From NCBI GenBank assembly GCA_964430105.1, contig CAYSEF010000003.1:12317-76316 (forward strand): DNA of 64,000 bases, written 5' to 3'. The notes beneath the pieces are model-generated. The model was not told the origin of the DNA. It saw only the letters and a list, made by a program, of their open reading frames with translations, and made no database searches. Both the position numbers and the translations under genes were made by a program. The DNA comes from an uncultured Ruminococcus sp. (lineage in GTDB: Bacteria; Bacillota; Clostridia; Oscillospirales; CAG-272). Shown here one piece after another: positions 37,549 to 46,409 of this stretch; within the stretch, counting starts at the first letter, position 1; each line of letters begins with the position of its first letter.

Positions 37549-38312
37549 CGGTTGCTGAATTACATGAGAAGCTGAGTGAAAAATTTCCGAAAACATTGTC
37601 CTGTAGCTGGGATAACGATGGTATAATGGTTAGTGCAGACTTAAATACTGAGGTGAAAAAAGTGCTGGTTGCGCTTGATGCCTCGTATGAAGTGATAAAA
37701 TATGCCAAAGAAAACGGATACGATACAGTGCTGACACATCACCCAATGCTGTTTCGTGGAGTGAAATCTGTCACAGGTGAATCGCTTTCCGGAAAGAGGA
37801 TACTTGAGGCAGTGCGTGGTGGTGTTTCGGTGATATCTATGCACACAAGAATGGATGCCGGTGACGGTGGTGTAAACGATGCGCTGTGTGAAAAATTAGG
37901 CTTCAAACAAATTGGAAAATTCGGTGACGATGAAGCTCCAACACTTGGCAGAATCGCAGAGGTTGACGGAATGAGCGGTGAGGAGCTTGCACATCTTGTC
38001 AAAGATAAACTCGGATGTTCAGCCGTAAGAGTTACGGGAAACATGAAAAAGAGTATTCACAAAATCGCATTGTGTGGTGGAGATGGAAAAGATTTCATCT
38101 ATCCTGCACTTGGTGAAGGCTGTGACGCTTATATAACAGGTGACGCAGGCTATAATATGGCTCAAGATGCGGGTGAGGATGGACTTATCACGATAGAAGT
38201 CGGACATTATCATTCGGAAGCACCTGTGTGCGAGGTTTTGGTAAAGCTTGCACAGGAGCTTGCCGGTGTGCGTGCCGATATATATGATTCTTGTGCGTAT
38301 CGTTTGATATAA
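37545..38312 (+). CDS. Nif3-like dinuclear metal center protein (YqfO family, short form)
   Basis: Motifs are WDNDG, LTHHP, HT..D and the C-terminal GHYHSE. An ATGA overlap links it to trmK. Confidence 0.85.
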   Translation: MTVAELHEKLSEKFPKTLSCSWDNDGIMVSADLNTEVKKVLVALDASYEVIKYAKENGYDTVLTHHPMLFRGVKSVTGESLSGKRILEAVRGGVSVISMHTRMDAGDGGVNDALCEKLGFKQIGKFGDDEAPTLGRIAEVDGMSGEELAHLVKDKLGCSAVRVTGNMKKSIHKIALCGGDGKDFIYPALGEGCDAYITGDAGYNMAQDAGEDGLITIEVGHYHSEAPVCEVLVKLAQELAGVRADIYDSCAYRLI

Positions 38313-38376
38313 ATCAATACTAAAATCGTGTGTCAGCTTTGATGCGCGATTTTTTTGTTTGAATTCACCAAAGATG

Positions 38377-38405
38377 TTGACACAAAATACGGATTGTGGT
38401 ATAAT
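38377..38405 (+). promoter_or_regulatory. consensus sigma-A promoter
   Basis: TTGACA (38377-38382), a 17-nt spacer, then TGG-TATAAT (38400-38405, extended -10). A hairpin plus T7 (approx. 38331-38360) immediately upstream terminates nif3. Confidence 0.8.
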
Positions 38406-38448
38406 TTCAATAACATTTTTGGAAATAATTTTGTGTGGAGGTGCGATT

Positions 38449-40206
38449 TTGGAAAACAGAGCTTGTGAAAAATTGTCGCTGGGGGTTGCCGACTGGAAAT
38501 GGAACCGTGAGCTGACTGATGTTGAAAATGTTCCGGCTGAAAAGACAGCAGTATACGAAGCTGACGGTGAGGTGCTGACAGTTGGCCCTTGGATAGCAGG
38601 AAAGAAGGATGTTCGTCTGCGTTATCAGTATTCCTTGCCTGTTAGAGAAGGCACTATATGCGGAAAATTTCGTACAGAAGGCTTATATCCGCGCGAAGGA
38701 AATATTTGGATAACCTATAAAAACGGAGAAAAGCACGTTACAGAGCTGAATTTCTGGTTTGGACAAACGGATGAATGGACAGAATTCTGTTTTCCGGTTT
38801 TTGAGCCTATCGATGGCTGTGACACGATACTTGTTTCGTTCGGCTTTCATATGAAAACACACGGACGGCTGTATATAACCGATCTTCATTTCGGTGCACC
38901 GCATCATTTGGAAATGCCAAAAGAGCCGGCACCTGTCCTGACACGTTCTGCAACTCCACCAACATTTGCTCCGGCTGAATTTGTTCGCCTTGAAAAGACG
39001 GAGGATGATACATGGTGGCTTGTGGATACCGATGGTAAGCCATTTTATTCAGCAGGCTGTGCAATGTACAATAACCGCATTACACCCGCAGAAACTTATC
39101 CTACATTGGACGAACTCGGCGTAAATACTATAGCTAATGGCTCAAGTCTTGAAGCGTGGAGTGAGTTTAATGAAAAACAAATTGCAGAGGGGAAGCCTAC
39201 GGTTTTTCAGTTTTATCGTGTAAATACCGATATTAGCTCAAGATCACCGTATGTTGGACTGATGAATCCCGATGAAGCTCGTTCAAATGCTGATCCTGAA
39301 AAACAGCTTGCCGCAATAGGTGGCTTTAACCATGCCTTTCCTGATCCATTTGATCCAAACTGGGAAGAGGATGTTCGCAAGCAGGTGCGTGGCGTTGCAA
39401 CATTGTTTAAGGATAAAAAGTATTTCATGGCGTGGATGGCTGCAAATGAACGCTCTCACTGGAATCTTTATCGCTATGTGTGGTCGCCATATTGCGCTGT
39501 CGAATTCGGAAAATTCTTGCGTGAAAAGTATGCTACTATTGATGAGCTGAATTCTTCATGGAAAAGTGATTTTGAATCCTTTGAAGACCTTCTTGAAAAG
39601 CGTCCCGAGCCACTTGTAATAGAGGGTAACAAGTACGAGGATTTCAATACCTTCTCCCGTATCGTTTTGCGTACCTTCAATAAAAAGATATTGGATATCA
39701 TTCACGAAGAAGACCCCGGAAGACTTGTGTTTACAAACCGCTTTATGATACATGAAGTTCGTGGTGTATTCGATAATCTCGACTTGTACGATGGATTTGA
39801 CGGTGTAGCGGTGAATATCTATCCTTCAAACGATGTTTGGGGACTTGATCTTGCTGAACGCCAGTATATGGAGCTTGTACATGAAAAAACCGGTAAACCA
39901 CTGATCATTTGTGAATGGTCTGTACCTGCCCGTGATTCACATTTGTACGATAATCCCGCAAAGCTTGACTGGTCATATCCACAGCTCATGCGTACTCAGC
40001 AGGAACGCGCACAGCAGGTGGCACAGGTGTCGGCAGATTTCTATAATATGCCATTCATGGTTGGTGCACACTGGTTTAGCTGGGGTGACTTCAACCACGG
40101 AACACGTCAATCAAACAGAGGTATTTTCACATGGGATGGCTCGGCTGCATATGAGGAAGTTCAGAAGGCTTTGAAGGATGTAAATACTCGTATCAAAGAG
40201 CGATAA
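38449..40206 (+). CDS. cytoplasmic glycoside hydrolase, clan GH-A TIM barrel (GH42/GH50-like); family not resolved
   Basis: This is a long ORF. WMAANERSHWN..., ICEWSVPARDS and AHWFSWGDF resemble (beta/alpha)8 hydrolases annotated as beta-galactosidase or agarase-like. I assign the start to the TTG at 38449, 7 nt after GGAGG (38437-38441), because the tracked start at 38359 lies upstream of the promoter. No signal peptide is present. Confidence 0.6.
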   Translation: MENRACEKLSLGVADWKWNRELTDVENVPAEKTAVYEADGEVLTVGPWIAGKKDVRLRYQYSLPVREGTICGKFRTEGLYPREGNIWITYKNGEKHVTELNFWFGQTDEWTEFCFPVFEPIDGCDTILVSFGFHMKTHGRLYITDLHFGAPHHLEMPKEPAPVLTRSATPPTFAPAEFVRLEKTEDDTWWLVDTDGKPFYSAGCAMYNNRITPAETYPTLDELGVNTIANGSSLEAWSEFNEKQIAEGKPTVFQFYRVNTDISSRSPYVGLMNPDEARSNADPEKQLAAIGGFNHAFPDPFDPNWEEDVRKQVRGVATLFKDKKYFMAWMAANERSHWNLYRYVWSPYCAVEFGKFLREKYATIDELNSSWKSDFESFEDLLEKRPEPLVIEGNKYEDFNTFSRIVLRTFNKKILDIIHEEDPGRLVFTNRFMIHEVRGVFDNLDLYDGFDGVAVNIYPSNDVWGLDLAERQYMELVHEKTGKPLIICEWSVPARDSHLYDNPAKLDWSYPQLMRTQQERAQQVAQVSADFYNMPFMVGAHWFSWGDFNHGTRQSNRGIFTWDGSAAYEEVQKALKDVNTRIKER

Positions 40207-40251
40207 TGTCACTGTAATTTTTAGATAACTAAATCGAATATAAAATAAAGT

Positions 40252-40308
40252 GAGGCTACTCGTGCTAAGGAAGGATATTCCGAAGTGCGAATAGCCCTCT
40301 TTTTTTTG
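40252..40308 (+). terminator. rho-independent terminator
   Basis: A long imperfect hairpin GAGGCTACTCG...CGAATAGCCCTC is followed by T8. Confidence 0.7.
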
Positions 40309-40338
40309 TGTAAAACTGTATTATAAATGCGAAAATGC

Positions 40339-40367
40339 TTGACTTGTGTTTGAATTTGGGTTATAAT
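40339..40367 (+). promoter_or_regulatory. sigma-A promoter for mntP
   Basis: TTGACT (40339-40344), a 17-nt spacer, then TATAAT (40362-40367). Confidence 0.75.
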
Positions 40368-40473
40368 AGTAAAATGCAAATATGGAGTGGTGCATCACAC
40401 ACTCTGTTTTGTTCTCAGGTATGATTTAACGTGCCTGTTTTTTATTGTTATAATAAAATAACGGAGGTATAAC

Positions 40474-41058
40474 GTGGATTGGGGTTTTTTGTTCTTCTTT
40501 AACAGCGCATTGTTGGGTATAGGACTTGCAATGGATGCGTTTTCGGTTTCACTTGCAAACGGATTACATGAGCCTGATATGAAGGCAGGTAGAATGTGCG
40601 GAATTGCAGGTGTGTTTGCAGGATTTCAGGCACTGATGCCGATGCTTGGCTGGGTGGCTGTACATACTTTTCTTGAATATTTTCAGTCGTTTGAAAAATT
40701 TATCCCGTGGATAGCTTTGATACTTCTTGCTTTTATTGGAGGTAAGATGCTTGTTGAAGGCTTTAAGGGTGGCGAAGATGAAGTTCAGGCAGGAGTTGGC
40801 TTTGCTGCACTTCTCATACAAGGTGTTGCTACATCTATAGATGCACTGTCTGTAGGATTTACTATCGCCGATTATAACGTAACGATGGCACTTGTATGTG
40901 CGCTGGTGATTGCGGCGGTTACATTTGCTATATGCATGGGCGGACTTATGCTGGGTAAAAAATTCGGTACTAAGCTTGCCGGAAAAGCATCTATACTCGG
41001 TGGTTTCATCCTTATTGCTATAGGAATAGAGATTTTTGTTTCCGGACTCATTGGATGA
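40474..41058 (+). CDS. mntP: manganese efflux pump MntP
   Basis: 194 aa with six TM helices and the duplicated motifs GLAMDAFSVSLANG and ATSIDALSVGFT typical of MntP/YebN. The GTG start follows a GGAGG RBS. Confidence 0.85.
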   Translation: MDWGFLFFFNSALLGIGLAMDAFSVSLANGLHEPDMKAGRMCGIAGVFAGFQALMPMLGWVAVHTFLEYFQSFEKFIPWIALILLAFIGGKMLVEGFKGGEDEVQAGVGFAALLIQGVATSIDALSVGFTIADYNVTMALVCALVIAAVTFAICMGGLMLGKKFGTKLAGKASILGGFILIAIGIEIFVSGLIG

Positions 41059-41121
41059 TTTGATAATTGGATGAGTGTTGATTTGAATTTAATAAGAAGG
41101 AAATTGACAACAATTTGATTT

Positions 41122-42294
41122 ATGGCTACTTTATTACTGATAATCATTTACCTCGGATATATTGGCCTTGGGTTGCCTGATTCACTGTTTGGCACAGCAT
41201 GGCCACTGATGCACCAGGAGCTCGGTGTTCCTGTTTGGCTTGCGGGATATATTACCCCGATAATGTCGGTGTTCACCATAATTTCAAGCCTTTGCAGTGG
41301 ACGTTTGCTGAATAGATTTGGTACGGGCAGGGTGGCGGCTGTCAGCACAATACTTACCGTTGTAGCACTCTTTGGATATTCATATTCACCTAATATTATC
41401 ATACTGCTTTTATGTGCCGTTCCGCTTGGATTTGGTGCAGGAGCTGTAGATGCGGGTATGAACGGATATATTGCACGGCATTATAGTGCTATGCATATGA
41501 ATTTTCTGCATTGCTTCTATGGTATAGGCATTACTATAAGTCCTTTTATCATGTCAATAGCTATAGAAAAGCTTGGAAACTGGCGTGTGGGCTATAGATT
41601 TGCAGGTGTTATACAAATGTTTATAGCTGTTTCAATGTGTGTTGCGATACCTTTGTGGGGTAAAGTCAAGCATACAAACGACGATAACGTAGTTGAAACA
41701 GAGGTTAAGAATGTTCCTATAAAAGAGCTTGCAAAAAATTCCGGTGTTCGTTGGGTATGGCTGTGCTTTTTCGCCTCATGTGGTATTGAATCAATGTGCA
41801 ATACATGGGCAACCTCATATCTTGTAGATTCAAAGGGAATAACAGCCGACAACGCCGCAGGAATGTTGGTATTCTATTTCATTGGATTTACGCTTGGTAG
41901 ATTTATTGCAGGATTGCTGACAACACGTCTTACCAGCTGGCAGATAATTTACGCAAGCTATTCCGTACTCGCTGTAGCTGTATTGCTGTTGATACTTCCG
42001 CTTCCCGATTTTGCTATGAATATTGCACTGTTCTGCATGGGCCTTGGAAACAGTCCTGTGTATCCGAATTTGATGCACCTTACTCCTCAGAATTTCGGTA
42101 TTGATATTTCGCAGTCAGTTATCGGTTCACAAATGGCTGTGGCAAATATATCATTTATGTTGATTCCACTTACTTACGGACAGGTCGTTAAAGTAGTCGG
42201 ACTTAAATCATTCATTGTAAGCATACCGGTTCTTGCGGTTTTGTTGATTTTCTCAACAACTATGCTTTACAGAAAATCAGTTAAAGCAAAATAA
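41122..42294 (+). CDS. MFS transporter
   Basis: 390 aa with about 12 TM helices and an MFS loop motif (GRLLNRFGTGRV). Confidence 0.8.
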   Translation: MATLLLIIIYLGYIGLGLPDSLFGTAWPLMHQELGVPVWLAGYITPIMSVFTIISSLCSGRLLNRFGTGRVAAVSTILTVVALFGYSYSPNIIILLLCAVPLGFGAGAVDAGMNGYIARHYSAMHMNFLHCFYGIGITISPFIMSIAIEKLGNWRVGYRFAGVIQMFIAVSMCVAIPLWGKVKHTNDDNVVETEVKNVPIKELAKNSGVRWVWLCFFASCGIESMCNTWATSYLVDSKGITADNAAGMLVFYFIGFTLGRFIAGLLTTRLTSWQIIYASYSVLAVAVLLLILPLPDFAMNIALFCMGLGNSPVYPNLMHLTPQNFGIDISQSVIGSQMAVANISFMLIPLTYGQVVKVVGLKSFIVSIPVLAVLLIFSTTMLYRKSVKAK

Positions 42295-42299
42295 CAAAA

Positions 42300-42349
42300 G
42301 TGGCTGTCACATTCATGGATTTAACGAATGTAGCAGCCACCTTTGTTTT
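42300..42349 (+). terminator. rho-independent terminator
   Basis: GTGGCTGTCACATTC (42300-42314) pairs with GAATGTAGCAGCCAC (42326-42340) over 13 of 15 positions, followed by CTTTGTTTT. Confidence 0.75.
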
Positions 42350-42376
42350 ACTTAAGCCTAAACTGTCGCTATATAA

Positions 42377-42405
42377 TTGACAAGCAGTTGTATTTGTGAT
42401 AGAAT
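42377..42405 (+). promoter_or_regulatory. sigma-A promoter for the GNAT gene
   Basis: TTGACA (42377-42382), a 17-nt spacer, then TGA-TAGAAT (42400-42405). Confidence 0.7.
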
Positions 42406-42449
42406 TGAAAGCGTTATTTACGTTGATATAAAATATAACGGAGGATATC

Positions 42450-42941
42450 GTGAATATTCGCATAGCAAAGCAGGAAGACCTCTCGAACCTGCTTGATATT
42501 TATAACTATGAGGTTGTCAATGGTACAGCAACGCTTGATTTGCACCCTCGTACTATTGATGAATGGCAAGCGTGGTTTGATGAGCATAATAAAGATAATC
42601 ATCCGCTGATTGTGGCTGATGTTGACGGAATTGCGGTAGGCTATGCAAGTCTGTCTGCATATCGTGCTAAAGAAGCGTACAAATCAACGGTCGAGCTGTC
42701 GATTTATGTTTCACCTGAACATAGACATTGCGGTGTAGCATCACAGCTTATGGAAGCGATACTCGATATTGCAAAAAAAGACGAGCGCACACATACAGTA
42801 GTTTCGGTCATAACATCCGGAAATGAAGCATCGGCACATTTGCATAATAAATTCGGCTTCACGTTCTGCGGAAGGATACCTGAAGTAGGAGAGAAGTTCG
42901 GCAGATATTTGGATATTGATAATTACAGCCTTGGGGTATAG
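42450..42941 (+). CDS. GNAT N-acetyltransferase (phosphinothricin/methionine-sulfoximine acetyltransferase-like)
   Basis: 163 aa. IYNYEVVNGTATLD, GYASLSAYRAKEAY, RHCGVASQLM and GFTFCGRIPEVGEKFGRYLD fit the PAT subfamily pattern. The GTG start has a GGAGG RBS. Confidence 0.75.
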   Translation: MNIRIAKQEDLSNLLDIYNYEVVNGTATLDLHPRTIDEWQAWFDEHNKDNHPLIVADVDGIAVGYASLSAYRAKEAYKSTVELSIYVSPEHRHCGVASQLMEAILDIAKKDERTHTVVSVITSGNEASAHLHNKFGFTFCGRIPEVGEKFGRYLDIDNYSLGV

Positions 42942-42981
42942 CTATAGCACAGCTTGCCCCTTTTTTTCTATAATATAAAAC

Positions 42982-43029
42982 AAAAAAACATCCGATAACC
43001 GTTCGTAACGATAATCATCGGATGTTTTT
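42982..43029. terminator. bidirectional terminator (serves the GNAT gene and tRNA-Trp)
   Basis: CATCCGAT (42989-42996) and ATCGGATG (43017-43024) form the stem, flanked by A7 and T5. Confidence 0.75.
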
Positions 43030-43034
43030 CTTCA

Positions 43035-43107
43035 CAGGGGCACTAAGACTCGAACTCAGGACACGCGGTTTTGGAGACCGCTGCTCTACCAACTGAGCTA
43101 TACCCCT
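43035..43107 (-). tRNA. tRNA-Trp (anticodon CCA)
   Basis: The reverse complement is AGGGGTATAGCTCAGTTGGTAGAGCAGCGGTCTCCAAAACCGCGTGTCCTGAGTTCGAGTCTTAGTGCCCCTG. It folds by hand into a 7-bp acceptor stem, a GCTC/GAGC D stem, a GCGGT/ACCGC anticodon stem with loop CU-CCA-AA, and a T arm with TTCGAGT. It is 73 nt, and the 3' CCA is not encoded. Confidence 0.93.
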
Positions 43108-43120
43108 AAACAACACGATT

Positions 43121-43149
43121 ATTATAACACAAACAAAACAAAAATGCAA
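43121..43149 (-). promoter_or_regulatory. sigma-A promoter for tRNA-Trp
   Basis: On the minus strand, TTGCAT (43144-43149), a 17-nt spacer, then TGT-TATAAT (43121-43126). The -10 ends 13 nt upstream of the mature tRNA 5' end. Confidence 0.75.
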
Positions 43150-43279
43150 TACCCTTTTTGAAAAAAATCAAATTATTTTTGACTTTTTTCGATGCGAACA
43201 TTTCTCGCGAGAGTTTGTTCGAGGGTATTGCATTTTGTCAGTTATTCAGATATATAAATATATGGAAATAAACGGAAAA

Positions 43280-44806
43280 TTACTGCTTGGATACAGACTG
43301 AATTTCTTCGATATCCTTAATGAACTTCTCTACGCTCTTGTTGATAACCTTGTTCATAGACTTGTTACGGGAAGCAAGGTCGGTGCTGTAGCTGTCAGCC
43401 ATAGTGTTGAGCATGGAGCTGAGACCCCAACCACCGAGATAACCAAGGTCATAGCGAACAGTGTTGAGAATAATGTTAAGGGAAGCAACAGATTCTTCAT
43501 CACGGCTGATCTGACCCTTAAGAGTACGGTCGTAGTAAGCGGGAGTCAGAACATTCTTAGATTCAGCACCGAGTGCATCGAGAATGTAACCTGTCATTGT
43601 GTATTCAACATTTGTTGTAGGAATAACGTAGGTTGCTGCACGGAGAGGGTTGAGGCAGTGGTAATAGCTTTCCTGAGCTTCGTCATACTTTGGCATAGGA
43701 AGGATTCCGAAGGGAGATTCCATTACACGCATAGTTTCAACTGCGTGCATTTCACCATAGTAGAACAGAGATTTATCTGTCTGGAACATCTTGAATGCGG
43801 GGTCTTCGCCTGCACCTGCTACAGACCAGCTGTAAGTGAGGTCGGTGTTATACATGAGAGTTGAGAGCTTTTCAAGAACTGCTACAGAGCGGTCGTTGAA
43901 GAATGTGTTTACAGGCATATCGTTCTCATCCTTTGTGAAGAACGGAACGTCACAACCGATCATAGCAATGGCAAGCATATCGCAGAAGCAGATTAAACCG
44001 TATTGGTCTTCTGTATTTCTGACACCGTTACCGTCGAGGTCCTGAGAAACCTTAGAACCAAGCTCTACCATTTTATCAACAGTCCATTTGCCTTCTTCCA
44101 TAAGTGTATATGGATTTTCAAGCTGTGCATTGGCAAGGATAGTCTTGTTAAACATAATAGCAGCGATGGATTTCTTGTAGAGAACACCGATATCACCTGT
44201 AAGACCATAGCTCTTGTTTGCTATAGAAAGGTCGTTTATAATGTTCTGGTCCCACCACGGTGCAGTGAGTTCGAGAGTACCGTTATCTGCTACTGTATTG
44301 AGGTCCTGTACATATCCTTTTGCAGCCTGAGAAAGTACATTACCTACATTCAGTGTGAACAGGTCGTATGCACCGTCGTTTGTTGTAACTGATATGCCGA
44401 GAGTTGTGTTATCTTCCGGACCTGTTGTGTATGCTGGCTCGATGTTGATGTCAAGAAGGTCTTCAACGTATGTCATTCTGCTGTAAGCTGCATCGTTGAG
44501 AGCTTCACCGGTAGTTTCAGTAGCGGACCAGTCAACGTCAGTCCATATACCGCCATCGTTCGGGTATGTTGCAATGGTGAAGGTCTGACCACCGTAGGTT
44601 GTACCTGCCGGAATATTTGCTGTGTATCTTTCCGGAGTGTCTTCGGAATCAGTGGCGTTTACTGAATCGCTGTTCGCCTGATTTTCGGAAACGGAATCCT
44701 GAGATGATGTGTCTTTTCCGTCGGTTGAGTTACTTCCGTTAGAGCATGATGCGAGGGTAGAAAGTAACATACATAGACAGAGAAGAAGTGAAATGCTCTT
44801 TTTCAT
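43280..44806 (-). CDS. extracellular solute-binding lipoprotein (ABC family-1-like), orphan
   Basis: The lipobox is LSTLASC|SN. It is a paralogue of the 18880-20394 product. The start is probably the ATG at 44806 (MKKSISLL); ATG 44812 and the tracked 44860 are alternatives. No transporter genes are adjacent. Confidence 0.72.
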   Translation of the reverse strand: MKKSISLLLCLCMLLSTLASCSNGSNSTDGKDTSSQDSVSENQANSDSVNATDSEDTPERYTANIPAGTTYGGQTFTIATYPNDGGIWTDVDWSATETTGEALNDAAYSRMTYVEDLLDINIEPAYTTGPEDNTTLGISVTTNDGAYDLFTLNVGNVLSQAAKGYVQDLNTVADNGTLELTAPWWDQNIINDLSIANKSYGLTGDIGVLYKKSIAAIMFNKTILANAQLENPYTLMEEGKWTVDKMVELGSKVSQDLDGNGVRNTEDQYGLICFCDMLAIAMIGCDVPFFTKDENDMPVNTFFNDRSVAVLEKLSTLMYNTDLTYSWSVAGAGEDPAFKMFQTDKSLFYYGEMHAVETMRVMESPFGILPMPKYDEAQESYYHCLNPLRAATYVIPTTNVEYTMTGYILDALGAESKNVLTPAYYDRTLKGQISRDEESVASLNIILNTVRYDLGYLGGWGLSSMLNTMADSYSTDLASRNKSMNKVINKSVEKFIKDIEEIQSVSKQ

Positions 44807-45102
44807 ATTCATAACCTGCCTTAATAAATAATATAAATATATATATGGAAATACCTGCACTTTATTGTAATTCTAAAGGGGTATTACCATTTATATAATA
44901 CAGTAAATTGGTTGTTTTGTCAATGGATTGTCCTTGGGTTTATTGAAAGTTTGCATAATCGTTATTTATTCGTTCATAAAATTCAGTTTGATGCTAAAGC
45001 TGTTCGTATATTTCTAAGAATACTTAAAATTAACATTGTATTATTTAATTATTGGCAGAAAAATAAAATAATATTCGCATGAAAAATAATAAATCTGAAC
45101 AT

Positions 45103-45153
45103 AAAAATGCAGCATGGATTTGGAATATGAATCCAAATACAAGCTGCATTTTT
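45103..45153. terminator. bidirectional rho-independent terminator downstream of the AKR gene
   Basis: A hairpin of about 17 bp runs from ATGCAGCATGGATTTGGA through an ATATGAA loop to TCCAAATACAAGCTGCAT, flanked by A5 and T5. Confidence 0.8.
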
Positions 45154-45197
45154 GAATTATTTAATTGTAAATATAAATTCGCTGTAATATTTCGGAA

Positions 45198-46340
45198 TTA
45201 TTCTCTCATTTCGCTGTCAGCCTGTTTGAGGAAGTCAATAATTCCGAGCTGCTGAGGACATTCGCCTTCGCAAGCACCGCAGCCTACGCATTTTGAAGCA
45301 TCATTGCCATCATTGATAATGTGCTTGTAGCCACCGTTACCGCTAAGCTTTTCGCCCCAGAGGAATGCATCGTTCCAAGTGCTGAAAATTCGCGGAATAT
45401 CAACACCGTTCGGACATGGCATACAATATCTGCATCCTGTGCATCCTACCTTAGTACGGCTGTTGTAGGCATCACGAACCTTTGCAATGAGTTCTTCTTC
45501 TTCGGAAGTCATGCATCCAACTTCGCAGTCCTCAAATATGCGGATATTATCCTTGCACTGCTCAATAGATGTCACACCTGAGAGAACTGTTGCGATTTCG
45601 GGATTGTTGCAGAGCCAACGGAATGCCCATTCAACAGAAGAACGCTTAACGGGGAAGGAATCATAAAGAGCCTGTACATTATCCGGAGCATTTGCAAGCT
45701 TGCCACCGCGAAGACCTTCCATTATAACTACGGGAATTCCTTTTTTGCCGGCATAACGCATACCTTCAAGCGTAGCCTGATTGTTGATATCCATGAAATT
45801 CATCTGTATCTGGCACATATCCCAGTCATAGGAGTCAATGATCTCGATGAATTCATCTGCGTTTCCGTGGAATGAGAAGCAGGCATACTTGATTCTTCCG
45901 TCAGCTTTTGCTTTGTTCAGAAGATCGATCGCACCCTTTTCGACTGCATTTCTCCATTTTCCGCCATTGAGAGCGTGCATGAGATAGAAGTCGATATGAT
46001 CTGTTCCGAGGTTTTCGAGGGATTCGTTCAGTGTAGCTTCCATTTCCTCGTAGCTTCCACACTTGCTGCCGGGGAGCTTTGTTGCTATGTATACTCTATC
46101 TCTGTAGCCATCCTTGAGTGCATGACCGAGAGCGATTTCATTCTTTTTACCGCCCGAGTAAACATAAGCAGTGTCAAAATAGTTTACACCTGATTCAATT
46201 GCGTGACGGATTATCGGTGTGGAGACATCTTCGTTTACAACTTCTGTGCCATCTTCGAGCTTTTTCATTGGGAAACGCATACATCCAACGCCGAACGCTG
46301 ATACTTCAATGCCTAATTTGGGTATTTTTCTGTATTTCAT
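45198..46340 (-). CDS. aldo/keto reductase fused to a C-terminal 4Fe-4S ferredoxin-like domain
   Basis: The AKR N-terminus is GVGCMRFP...NYFDTAYVY...IATKL. The C-terminus has the Cys clusters CTGCRYCMPCP and CVGCGACEGECP. Confidence 0.85.
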   Translation of the reverse strand: MKYRKIPKLGIEVSAFGVGCMRFPMKKLEDGTEVVNEDVSTPIIRHAIESGVNYFDTAYVYSGGKKNEIALGHALKDGYRDRVYIATKLPGSKCGSYEEMEATLNESLENLGTDHIDFYLMHALNGGKWRNAVEKGAIDLLNKAKADGRIKYACFSFHGNADEFIEIIDSYDWDMCQIQMNFMDINNQATLEGMRYAGKKGIPVVIMEGLRGGKLANAPDNVQALYDSFPVKRSSVEWAFRWLCNNPEIATVLSGVTSIEQCKDNIRIFEDCEVGCMTSEEEELIAKVRDAYNSRTKVGCTGCRYCMPCPNGVDIPRIFSTWNDAFLWGEKLSGNGGYKHIINDGNDASKCVGCGACEGECPQQLGIIDFLKQADSEMRE

Positions 46341-46380
46341 ATAAATTCCTGCCTTTTCTTTATGTATATTACAATAATAT

Positions 46381-46409
46381 ATTGTACATTGTAAAGTGTT
46401 TCATGTCAA
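46381..46409 (-). promoter_or_regulatory. sigma-A promoter for the AKR gene with an overlapping palindrome
   Basis: On the minus strand, TTGACA (46404-46409), a 17-nt spacer, then TACAAT (46381-46386). The perfect palindrome TACAATA-ATA-TATTGTA (46370-46386) overlaps the -10. Confidence 0.65.

Noticed and set aside
40374-40473. A call of a canonical yybP-ykoY Mn2+ riboswitch upstream of mntP.
   Set aside because: Context fits, but I cannot find the conserved GGGGAGUAG-type and distal conserved segments, and the leader is too short for the four-helix architecture. I kept it only as an unclassified leader/attenuator in the findings.
43235-43864. A 209-aa + strand ORF lies opposite the orphan binding-protein gene. 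Other ORFs in the same class are 44003..44392, 54714..55280, 56924..57538, 57917..58339, 35616..35951, 36114..36509 and 14721..15197.
   Set aside because: All lie antisense to, or overlap, genes with strong family signatures. They lack RBSs and have compositionally odd translations.
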